Shown here: in pieces, positions 41,801-52,700 of the stretch
Position numbering within the stretch: the stretch's first letter is position 1
Layout of the letters: the number at the start of each line of letters is the position of its first letter
Source of the DNA: Microbotryum violaceum
Taxonomy: Eukaryota
DNA: 64,000 bases
Direction of reading: 5' to 3'
NCBI GenBank assembly: GCA_001244265.2
Contig: CDLV01000019.1
Coordinates: 496,001-560,000, forward strand
The notes under the pieces: generated by a model
Seen by the model: only the letters and a program-made list of their open reading frames with translations
Told to the model about the DNA's origin: nothing
The model's database searches: none
Made by a program: the position numbers and the translations under genes

Positions 41801-42561
41801 TGGTCCGAGGCCGTGGGCGGGTCGACGAGCGAGAAGATGTCGGTAAATACGGTTCGAGTGGGGTTTCGGGTGGTGGGCACGGCGCGGAGCGTGAGTGAGG
41901 TTGTTGTTTTCGTATTGTGATAAGGGAAGAGAGAAAGCAGAGCGTGAAAGATGGGAGAATCCGTCAGCTATGAATCCTCTAGGACGGTTTTGGCGACAGT
42001 CGTTGGCAAGCAAGGACCGGGATCGTCCCTGGCCCTGGCCTGCCCCCGCACTCGCGGACATAACGTGAGAGGCGTACCGGCACCGGCAAGCAGTAGCGGG
42101 CTGGCTAGCACTCCCAACGCCGCACGGGGCCACCGCAAACGCCAGATCGCAAGACTAACCTTGAGCTTCCGACAAGCGAGACAAGCCCTGCCCGATCTAG
42201 GAGCGGTCGGATCGGTGGCTTGGGACCCGGTCATGCGGTGCTGCTGCGTCGGCGTGCCCGAACGAGTCCCACCCGCTGTGGAGCCGCCTTGGCCCGCTGG
42301 GCTGTTGCTGTGCTCGTCGTCGGCCTCGTCCAGGTCGTCGTCCAGCACGGACATGGCGTGGTGCGAAGAGGTGTAGTCCCCATTGGGACTGCCGTTGTTG
42401 TTGTAGTAGTGTTGTTGGTTCAAGGCTTGTAGTTGAGTCGCACTGAGGGTTGACGACGACGGTGGCGCACCTGCACCCACAGCGCCGTAAGTGGTCGTCG
42501 TCGACAGCGATGATCTTCCCCCCTCGGAACGACCCATGTACGAAGCAGAAGTCGACGACAT
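38897..42561 (-). CDS. Zn(II)2Cys6 fungal transcription factor (PriB-like) with fungal-specific TF domain
   Basis: RSGRACLACRKLK/TRCDGAEDPPCKRCRAGNHECVFVESKRGKRP; middle homology region (LPLLDP, SPFLFTAICAVASR, AWLYFGMAVRMGLELGL, RERTWL). Confidence 0.92.
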
Positions 42562-42854
42562 GCCGTGGCTTGTAAGAAGTCGGGGTCGACTAGGGTCCGG
42601 TGGGGCTTCAAATGCGTGCAAGTCAAATCTCCGTTCTTAGTCGAGATGTGGGGGCTGGGGAAGGGACTGAGTGAGCGACGCGCAACAACGATCGCTGTGG
42701 TCTTGCCGAGCAGAAGCTAGCGGAAGGGGCAACTAATATTACAAACCATACAGAGGCTGCTCGGGGGCCAACCCTGGCCAACCGTGCCCCGGGTGGGGCT
42801 GTGAATATTCATAGGGCGAAGAGAGAAGTACAGACAAAAAGACACAGAGACACT

Positions 42855-42884
42855 GTAGTAGTAGTAGTAGTAGTAGTAGTAGTA
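42855..42884. repeat. (GTA)10 microsatellite
   Basis: Perfect trinucleotide run. Confidence 0.95.
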
Positions 42885-42934
42885 TGCTTCCGCCACCGGA
42901 TCTGGAAAAGAATAGAGAAAAGGACAAAAATGCC

Positions 42935-44148
42935 CTCGAAAGATAGCGAAATGACGAAGATGCCCTCGCTTCTTTTCATGACTCGGAGGATAGAAATGCC
43001 CATCTCTAAAGGACCAAAATGCCCTCGGATTCTCGACTTCTGTAACACTTGATATTTCAGCTCATAACCACGAGGGTAGCTTCTTGTAGCGTTGTGATCA
43101 GCGCCGTTTACTCAGAATCCCCAGAGATGCCGTGAGAATTCAGTTATCACGGTCGCAAAGGCAGGGGTCCTCATCGATCGTCGACGCGTTGAGGCGCGCG
43201 AGTTCGCGAATCGACGTTGGCCACCTTCCGCATTCTCGCCCCGACATTGAAGTCACCACCGACTTTCGACAATGGAACATTCTATCAGGGAGGGGGAAAG
43301 TCTCTAGAAGGAGCTCACAGATGCGGGCCATCAATCCGCGCTTGATCACCAGTTTCAGCTCGACATTCGCAAGTCTGACAGGCGTCGTGAGCAAGAGTGT
43401 CCAAGATCCTCCGTGCGCCTTCCCTGCGACTGCTATCTCCAAAGGAAAATGCAATGTTTGGACCATCATTGTCTTCAATGAAGCCCACAGTCACCGATCG
43501 CTGCTGCACACCGGCGACAGCAACAGCAGACTTACGCGACACCGCTCCAACCTGTTCCATCTCGAGCTGCAGTGAATGGAAGCTGCATCGTCTTCTTCGT
43601 GAGCGTCATGAGGTCACGGTGAAGTCGACGATAGTGACTCACCTGGTGAAGAAGGGGGTGTCATCATCATTCCGTCACATCTCTCCACGCGTACACGACG
43701 TCCGATCAAGCGCAGGATCCGGGGTGCGGACGAGAGGTCCAAGCGCGACACGATCTGTGGCCTCTGCAAAGGCCCCGGACACAACCGAGTTACATGCGAT
43801 AGATAGATAGACCGTTCGAAGCTGAGCATAAGGTGTCAAGACTGTCAATGCTACTACTGCTGGCCTGTTTCATATGAAATTCACTCGGTCTATACTCATC
43901 GCTCGCTTTCGGTTTGGACTCGCTTCAGTCGCGATAGGGCTCTGACGTTGACTTTGCGACCGTGATAACTGAATTCTCACGGCATCTCTGGGGATTCTGA
44001 GTATACGGCGCTGATCACAACGACTACAAGAGCTACCCTCTTGGTTATGAGCTGATATATCAAGTGTTACAGAAGTCGAGAATCCGAGGGCATTTTGGTC
44101 CTTTAGAAAAGAAGCGAGGGCATTTTCGTCCTTTCGCTGTCTTTCGAG
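42935..44148. mobile_element. Non-autonomous foldback/long-TIR element (Mutator-like inferred), right end apparently truncated
   Basis: Near-identical inverted repeats 42935-43160 and 43952-44148 with iterated GAGGGCATTTT(G/C)GTC sub-repeats; ~790-nt interior without a transposase ORF; no TSD identifiable. Confidence 0.6.
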
Positions 44149-45031
44149 TGTTAGTTGGCGTCCTACATGAGTATGGACTGGATCCGACTTCACCTCAGCC
44201 TGCTCCGAAGGTGTTGGTCGACCGGAGCCTGAACCTTACGTCACGCCCTTCAATCGGTTCAATGCCCCTTTGCACTTTCCTGTCATGTCTCCTGTGAGCA
44301 GTGAGTGACTCATAATGCCAAATCCTACTGTCCCGCTGATCATTCCTTGTGCCTGCTCCTATTCCGCCTCGGCTCGACGTGCACTCGGCAGTTGGCGAAG
44401 GGAGGGTTTTCGCAACAAACCTGCTCACGGAGGGTCGATGCTGTGCAATGTCGTCTAGCGACGTTCAAATGAGACAGAATGCATGGGTATGTAATCATGT
44501 GCACATGTATGCACCAGTATGCACTCGTGTGCAGGGACGACAGAGGTCCGGACAGCAAAGCGATTGCAAGGACCTTCAGTACTGCGTTACGAAGGCGTTG
44601 AGTGAACGCGCCATGGCAGTGCGCCAGAATCTCGCGCAGAGTGCACTGGTATTGAGGTCGATATGATTTACAATGCGTCGCAAACAGAGCTCTCAATACT
44701 GGAGCCTTAGAGATCTGAACCTGAGCGAGCCGAGCGCGGGTTGTCAAAGGCCGATAAGAAAGCTGCGCATCTCCGGGGCAAGGCATGCATCCCTATCATC
44801 CTCTCACAACGGCTCCAGCGTCGAAGAGAACTCGATGCCTCGCTCATAGCAAAGTTTTCCGACGCTGGGCCAGTAGCCATCCATCTTGATTGTTCTTACG
44901 TTCGCGCCATCAAAGAACCCAATGACGACGTCGTCCTCCTGTGCTGCGCTTGAGTTTGTTGGTCGAATCGCAGTCGTGCGCAGCTTCTCCAAGGAAGGCG
45001 CGTGCAGGATGTCTTCCGCTTCTGAGGTGGC

Positions 45032-45968
45032 CACGTTGCGGCCGTCGGAGAGGCGAAAGGAGGCGACGACGAAGCGAGAAAGCAGCTCTTACGACGACTA
45101 TCCGCCTTGATAGCTACTCCGGTCGGAGTGTTTGCTATCGGCTTCACCTTACGGCACAACCGACTCAAGGTCTACCTACTGAACGCGTGTGGTCTGTTCC
45201 ACACCAACGAAGTAATCGTTTCTGAAGAGAACGGCTTTCTCTCGACCCGCTTACCCTCAACCGTACCTTCGAACACGAGCGAGGTTTTTGGTCTTCTTGA
45301 TCATGTCGACGGGTAGTGCTCTTCATGAGCCACTACTTCCCAGGTGCGGGGTCCGAGTTTTGTTGAACGATCGAGAAACGCGGGCCGAAGTGTCTCGTAG
45401 TTGCCTCGGAAGATGACGACGAGCGTAGCAAGACCTTGAAGTTTCTTCTCCTGGACAAAGTTACGAACCTCGGCCAAGTCGATCGCCTGGGTTGAACAGT
45501 CACGCAACACCGACTTGGCCGAGATTCGGAACTTTGCCCAGGAGATGAAATCTCGAGCTCAGCTCATCGCCGTCTTTCGAGGCAAGTACGAGACCCTTCG
45601 CCCCGCGTTCCTCGATCGCGACCATTCTTTCAACAGGCTCGTGCCCCGCGCCCCGGAAGTAGTTATCCACGAAGAGCGCTACAAATCCCTCGACACGATG
45701 GAGAACACCAAAAACCTCGCTCGCGTTCTCGAAGGTGCAATTGAGGTTAATTGAGTCGGGAGAAAGCTATTCTCTTCAGAGCCGACCACTTCGTTGGTGT
45801 TCAACAGACCGCACACGTTCAGAGAGCACACCTTGAGTCGGTCGTGTCGTAAGGTGACGCGATGGCAAACTCTCGGATCGGAGTCGCAAACAGGGCGGAT
45901 GACCGTCGTAGGAGCTGCTTTCTCGCTTCGTCATCGCCTCCTTTCGCCTCGCCAACGGCGGCAACGTG
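45032..45968. repeat. Long imperfect inverted repeat (~450-nt arms, 29-nt loop)
   Basis: 45032-45481 is the reverse complement of 45511-45968 with scattered substitutions and small indels. Confidence 0.95.
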
Positions 45969-46582
45969 TACAAGGGTTCGAATGAGCGCATCGATGTCGG
46001 CCTCCTTCATCTCGCCACCGTCCTTTCCGTTGCCCTTGGCCGTCTCCTTGCCGTCTCCTTGCCCTTGCCCTCCTCGCCCTTTTTATCTTCGTCCTTGGGG
46101 TCCGGTCGAGCATGCTTGGGAAGAGCCCATATGCTTGGAAGAGTTGGGTCGTGCTTGTGGGAAACGCGCTTGAGCAGAACGCGTCGTTTCCGTCGTCTTG
46201 CTGCGGTCGGGGGCAATGCCGATGTAGTTGGGCGAGTTCTTGCACGCAACGAGTCGGTTGTTGCCGGCCTGCGAGGAGCACAGCCCGGCGCAAGTCAGAA
46301 CTTTGTATCATGAACGCGAATGCAGCCAGCCAACTCAACCCTCCTGACTCACGATCTTCTTTTGACGGCTGCTATGGCCTCATTCATCGCCTCCTCGGTG
46401 CCGATCGCGAAGTTTTTGATGCAAACCTTATTTTTTCCCTCCCGCCGAGCGGTCGGGTTTCCGAAGAAATTAATCGTGCAGCCTTTGGCTAAAGTATGCC
46501 TTCCCTTCCATAGTTTTCGAAATCCTGTCGGCCCTCGCAATGGCTCGCTCCCGTGCTAGAAAACATCCTTGCGGAGATCGGC
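45511..46582 (-). pseudogene. Frameshifted gene relic, possibly the REase-like N-terminal region of a FunK1/Pkinase_fungal-type protein
   Basis: HVAAVGEAKGGDDEARKQLLRR...P.R.FA(I)GFTL...L.V..LN.CGL.: E-x-K then QL pattern recalled for the region preceding fungal FunK1 kinases; stops and frameshifts present; family assignment not verified. Confidence 0.4.
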
Positions 46583-46943
46583 GTCGACAATGACGTACGC
46601 GCGCGCGAGGTGGACACTGCGGACGACGCGGGGCCGATCTCCGTTAGGGTGGACCGTGTGGTTCCTGGCAACACGGGAGAGCGAGCTATAGCGAGGGCCG
46701 ACAAAATTGCAAACGCGATGGAAGGGAAGGGTTACTTCAGCCAAGGGCTGTTCGATTATTTCTTCGGCAACCTGACCGCTTGGGAGGTTAAGAACAAGGT
46801 GTGGCCCGAAAACTTCGCGATCGGTACCGAAGAGGCGATGGAGGAGGTCATAGCAGCCGTGAACAAGATTGTGAGTCAGGAGGGCGGAGTCGGTTGGCTG
46901 CATTCGTGTTTCTGGTGAAAAGGTCTGACTTGCGGCGAGCCTG
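46281..46943. repeat. Long imperfect inverted repeat (~300-nt arms, ~50-nt loop)
   Basis: 46281-46582 pairs with 46633-46943; both arms encode NFAIGTEEAM(N/E)E(A/V)IAAV. Confidence 0.92.
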
Positions 46944-47289
46944 AGCAATGAAGATGCCGAGTACAAAAATTTGGGAACGTTAAGGAAAGAGAGAGAGAGA
47001 GAGCCGCGCTAGTGGTGGCCTCGGTTAAACTAAGTCCAAGTCTGAACAGGTCCGAGCGCGAAGTGCGAGCGTGCCCAAGGGTTCTCGATCAGATCGATCA
47101 CCGAACGATCGGAGTTTTTTTTCCATCTCGCATTGATCGATCTTTTCTTGATCTTGTCCAGAAAGATCAAGTTGATCCGAGACATTGATTACACATCTCA
47201 CTAGTTGTCGTATCGGTGTTGAGCGCACTGCATACCACCACCACTGTTGTGCCCACTGCATCATAACCATCCTCCTCATCCTTGTCGGT

Positions 47290-47398
<109 letters not shown>

Positions 47399-48286
47399 GA
47401 AATGCGAACATGATCTTATATTCAGTTCAGACTTTTGTAAAATAGGTCATGTCGGATAGTGGTACATACCCTATAGAACTCTCTTGTGAACGGCAGGTAT
47501 CAATTAAAGGGCCGGCTGCCGCCGTGCGGCCCGTGCCGGTAGATCCCACCGTAGGGCTCGGACACCTAATTCGGATCAGATTGGCGAAACGAATTCGAGC
47601 ATTTTTTTTTTGATAGGGCATGGAAGGTGCTTGGACAGCTTTGCATTTGTGGATCTTTCGTTCCCGGACGGGCCCGGTGCGAGCGGCCAGCGCTCGGGCT
47701 CACTGCACTGCAGTATGAAGCCTTTTTTCTGACTAGGTGTGTGGTAGACACGATGTGAACTTGATGTTCTGAAGAAGACTGATCCAATGAATGTGTGAAA
47801 AGGCAGCCGTTTTCTGACCAACAGAATAGTTACTTATGGAGCAGAGGCGAACGTACATCCCGGAGAGTTATGATTGAATTGAGTTCTGCAGCTGGTCAAG
47901 CTTACACTGCAACTTCGAATACATCTGTTCGGGCAACAATTGAGCTCTCAGGTAGAAGTGGGTCACTTCGGACAGAGATACATTAAACATTGCGAGCAGA
48001 AGCTACTTACTCTCTTTCGAAACGTCAGCGGACCAGCCTCTGCACGACAATCAAGCCCGACGCGCGAGATGGTCCGAGCTTAATACTTTGGCCCTTCGCG
48101 ATTCGTGCGTGCGCCGTCGCCCCGGACGACCAACTCTCCCCCCCAATCCAACCTGAACACCACCACCACCACAATCCGTTTTGTGACAGGGAGCTTTCGA
48201 TCCACGGTTATTGTCATACGTGGTCCACCACTTGACCTCCATCTGTAGTCCCGGGCTTCCGGTTCGACCTTTCTTTCCCGTTTACG

Positions 48287-49356
48287 ATGGTCGCCCCTCG
48301 ACCGTCGACGTCGTTCGTCGCGACCCTCACACGACGAATCATGCCCCAACCCACTACACGACCATTCCATTTCCCATCTCCCACCCCTCACTACCCGACC
48401 ACCTCCCTTGAATTCACGCACCAACGTCGTTCGATCCTCTCCGTCGCAGCGTTCAAGAACCTCCTCTCGCGCCGTCGTCAATCTGAGAATGACGTATCAG
48501 AAGCGCAATCCAACAACTTGGCCAAAAGTTTAGACAAGGAAGTGGCGGTGAAGAGTTCGGCTCCGAAGGGTTTGTTCGATACGGTGGCGGAGGAGGAGGA
48601 AGTCGTTGAGAGCGTTAAAGTGGCCAGAGGGCAGGTTGGTAGGGCGACTTATGTGAGTTGCTGTTGAGCGCTTATTGGTCATGTGTATGTGTGGGGACCA
48701 GGGGGGCAGGATGAGACTGAGGCTAGCTGTATGGTGTACAGCACAAATCGAGTACAGCGAATTTCAAGACGTCGAAACGCAAGCTCAACGACCTCAGTCG
48801 CTTGATTGCCGGACGAGGCGCCGATGAAGCCATTCTGCAACTTCAGGTGCGTGTCCTTCCAAGCCTAGACTAAGAACATCTTCTCGTGCTGATGGTTTGA
48901 AATGTCCCCTCGGCTTGCAGATGTCACCGAAGAAACAAGCGCCGAGGTTGTTGTCCATGTTGGCGCTCGCTAGGGACCATGCGATGGCCAAAGGACTCAG
49001 CCGGGATCAACTCGTCGTTGGTGAGTTGGGTTGAAAATTCTGATCCGAGGCTGCGCAAAAATTTTGAGACCAAACGTCACTGTGATCACCTTGTCCCAGC
49101 GCAATCCTGGACTTCCAAAGGCCCCTCCCTCAAACGCGTCGACATCAAAGGTCGAGGACGTTTCGGCACCAAACACCACAACTCTGCCAAACTACACGTC
49201 TTGCTCGCCGAGGGAATGACGGAGGAAGAAAAGAGGAGACAGAGGAAGAAGGACCAGTGGAGGAAGAGTATCCGGGGGTTGACGGAGGGGGATGCCGGAG
49301 TTGGCAACGGAGGAAGACCGTTGATCAATGTTGGGGTTGGGGATTGGAGGTGGTAG
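48287..49356 (+). CDS. MRPL22: Mitochondrial ribosomal protein uL22m
   Basis: STANFKTSKRKLNDLSRLIAGRGADEAILQLQ/MSPKK...LALARDHAMAKGL...VAQSWTSKGPSLKRVDIKGRGRFG; basic presequence. Confidence 0.88.
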
Positions 49357-49769
49357 ATGGGCTTGTGGAATCGGAAACCTATCGGCCTGCAGTGACTTTT
49401 TCCGCTTTTTAAAAAACATAATGCTCGCCGAGGAAATACCCGCGATCTCAACCGCTGCTGCTTTGACGCGATGGCACGCGACGGCCCAGTCCAAAGCGCC
49501 AGCCTGAGGGCTTGGCTTTCCGCGAGACTATAATAGCGCTCTGCCAGGCGCTGCCTCGCTCTGCATTCTCATCGCATCGCCGAGCGGATTGCCGTCGTCG
49601 TGTCCCGGCGCCGAGTCTCTTCGTCTCGTCCGCGCCTGGTCGACCACGCACGAGACACGAGCACAGTACCCGCGGCGAGCACCCGGTCAACACTTGCCAT
49701 CGATTTCGAGGGGTCCTTTGACGCATTGAAACCGTCTCGGACTTCGCTCGTCGCCGTTGAGGGAGCGCG

Positions 49770-52700
49770 ATGGAGCAGCCGAGCAGCGGCGGTGGTGGCT
49801 CGGCGTTGCTGCTGAGACTGTTTGAGAGTGACTTTTTTGATGTGCACCTGTGTGTCGCCTAGTAAGTGCGCTACGGGTCTACTTGCTGTTGGCGTCGAGG
49901 CAGTCGACGGGATCCACGTAGCTCGAAACGATCGGCATTTCGAGAGCGGTCGGCTCGGGTGACACGATGCGCTACGCGTCGCCCCCGAGCCAACATGACC
50001 TTGCCGCCCACGATCCACGAGCTCCGGACATGCCATCATGGCCCGAACACGAACGGGACATGCAATACCATCGCTCGGAGGCTAGGGCTCGCCAACCACG
50101 CGTCATATCGAATGCAGCAACGCGACCGGACCCGGACCGGCCTCTCCTCTCCTGGCGGCACGTCAAGCTGATCCGATGGTCGGCTTATCCCATTCCACAG
50201 CCTCAAGAACTACCCGCATTCAATCGGTATCACACATTACCTCGTCAATCGGCTCAGAGGATTCGCTGCAGACGATGTCGAGTTCTATTGGCCCCAGCTA
50301 TGGTCAGTGCCCCGAGCCTCCCTCTGTCGAGAGCTACTCAATTCTGCTACCAAATCCGACTCCTAACCCCCACCGCTTCCCCCCTTAGTTACCTCGTCAT
50401 CACACGGCCTACACCTTCGATCGCGTTGGAGAACTTTATCCTCGAACGATGTGAAAGCGACGCCCACATTGCCGTCATCGTCAGTCTGTACCAGATCTCC
50501 CTCGGGAAAAGATCTTGCTAACCTCCAGGCGACACAACAGACGCTGTGGTACCTCCAATCCTCGCTTTCAGATCTCTCCTCCGAGCCCAAATCGGAACAG
50601 TTCGCTGTCTGCCGTCGCGTGTACAACCGCGTGCAAGCCATCATCTTCACCGACCCTCCGACACCTCCCCCCATCACCCCAGATAGCGACATCTCGGCCG
50701 TCAAACCCCCTTCCCAACCCGACCCCGTCGATATGGGTCTCCCACCGACCAAACTGAATGCTCCGACGGCGATGTTTGTCGGGTTGGGTATCTTGGCCGC
50801 ATCAATTGCGATGCCAAGATTGGCGAGTACGACTGGCAAAGTCGCTGTCGAGCAGGCGCGTAGAGTCGATCAGATCACCAAGTCCGATTCGGATCCTGGG
50901 AACGAGGCCGAGGATAATAGTGCGAGTGACGAGGATCTTCCCTCGGCAAAGGCAGCAAAGTCTACAGCCCCAGGGGCGAAACCGAGACCACCGGCGACGC
51001 CGAACGGGGTCTCGAGAAAGAATGGACTGCCGACTCTTCTTGGCGCTTCGCCACGGCGGGCTAGTACGAGCAAGTTGCCGTCCTCGGGGAAACGTCAACC
51101 GAGCTATGTACCTGGGGCACCCATCGAGCCTTCCTCCGCGAGCAGCGCCTCTGCTTTCCTGAGCTCGCTAGCCTCGCTTCCACAATCGAAATCACATACG
51201 TTCCTGCCAACGACGACGACATCTTCATCGAGTTCGGGCCCAGCAGAGGACCGATCACGCTCGACGACGAATGTTCGACGTGCGTTGACGGCGATCACCT
51301 CCAAAAAGTCGGGATGGGCCAACGACCCGGCCACGGCCAGTCCTTTGCTCGGTCGACGGCGGCAGTCCGCGTTCCATCCCCACGCCTTCTCGTCCTCCTC
51401 TGTCCCTTCACTCCACGTACCCTCTCCGGGCTTCATCAGCAATCCTTCGAGCTCGTTCCTCAGTGGAGTAACTACACCAGGTTATGGCCTACCTCCAGCC
51501 TTCCTGTCCAAGCTATTGCTATTGCAAGCCTGTCGGTCACAATTGGATCTACTAAGGTCCTTGCAGGACATCTCCACCCGACTTGTCCTCGTTCCAAAAC
51601 CAGCTCGACTTTCATCCCTTCGCGCCGAATTAACCGTCCTCAACCACGGCCTACCGCGAGGTTGTTCCCTCGGTATGCCAAGTCGTAACTACCACCCCAT
51701 AGCTCCTCCCTCATCCGACAAAGCTCAAAAACGCATTCAGTTCAAACCTCAAGCACGAATCGTGCGCATCTCCCCTTCGGAATCGGTTGTACTCAACTCG
51801 GCCGATCGAGCACCTTTCGTCATTCATGTTGAAGTGCTCGAAACTGATCTGGATTTCGATCCTGATCGACGGCAAAATGCGGAAGACTTGCGAAGGGCCT
51901 TGCAGGAGAGGGAGGGGAGGTCGTCGTCGTCGATTGGTGGTGGAGCGGTGAAGGGGAATGGGCACGGACTTGTGGGTGGTCCTAGATCATCGACGAGCGA
52001 TTTATCGGGCGCGAGGAAGAACTCGATGATGGTCTCGAGGGGGAGTTTCGATCATGCTTTGGAGAGGCAGAGGTTCTCGAGTGCGGGCGCGAGTTCTCCT
52101 TCCCTTCTGGCGTCGTCGTCGAGCAAAGACCCCCCAACGTTGAGTCCATCACGAGCGGTTGCGTCCAAGGTGCCGAGCGTGCTGGATAATGAAGGGGATA
52201 TCTCATTGGCTTCTTCCAAAACGAGCAAGAGTTCAATATCGCAGCAGCGACTCGAGGTCGAAATTTTCGAGGAGCCGGAAGGGGAAATGGATTTGGTCGA
52301 ACAATTATATGGCGACGTCTCAATCCACGACGCGCCTTTCTCACCTCGCGAAGTGGATGAAAAAGAGATTCATAATCGTTCGGTCGACGAACAAGCTTGG
52401 GCAAGGGCTTCGACACCTCTTCCGACGGATACACCGGCCGAGGAAACCCTTGGAATGGGAATGATCGACCCGCCGATTGATCGACCCTTGACGCCTTTGA
52501 TGCCATCCAATACGAGACCTCCTCTATCGGCTTCGTCTTCGTCTTCTCCCGCCGTTCCGACTTGGTCCAAACCCGGTGGGAGATCCGTCAGTTCCCGACC
52601 TGCGATCTCGATCGACGACTATGCCGATCGGATGCGCATGGCCGCAGTCATGCTCGCCCAACTCGATGCCTCCCAAGCAGCCACAAGAGGCGTCGTCGCC

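Noticed and set aside
44149-44750. LTR starting TGTTAG that truncates the TIR
   Set aside because: No matching CA end, TSD, or second copy identifiable
45301-45754. Two homologous outward-reading ORFs (…FRG.YETLRPAFLDR…)
   Set aside because: Similarity follows from the inverted repeat; the synonymous pattern in the outer arms favours the opposite, inward-reading frame
47002-47122. Possible Pol III ncRNA ending in a T8 run
   Set aside because: No convincing B box, cloverleaf, or known RNA family features
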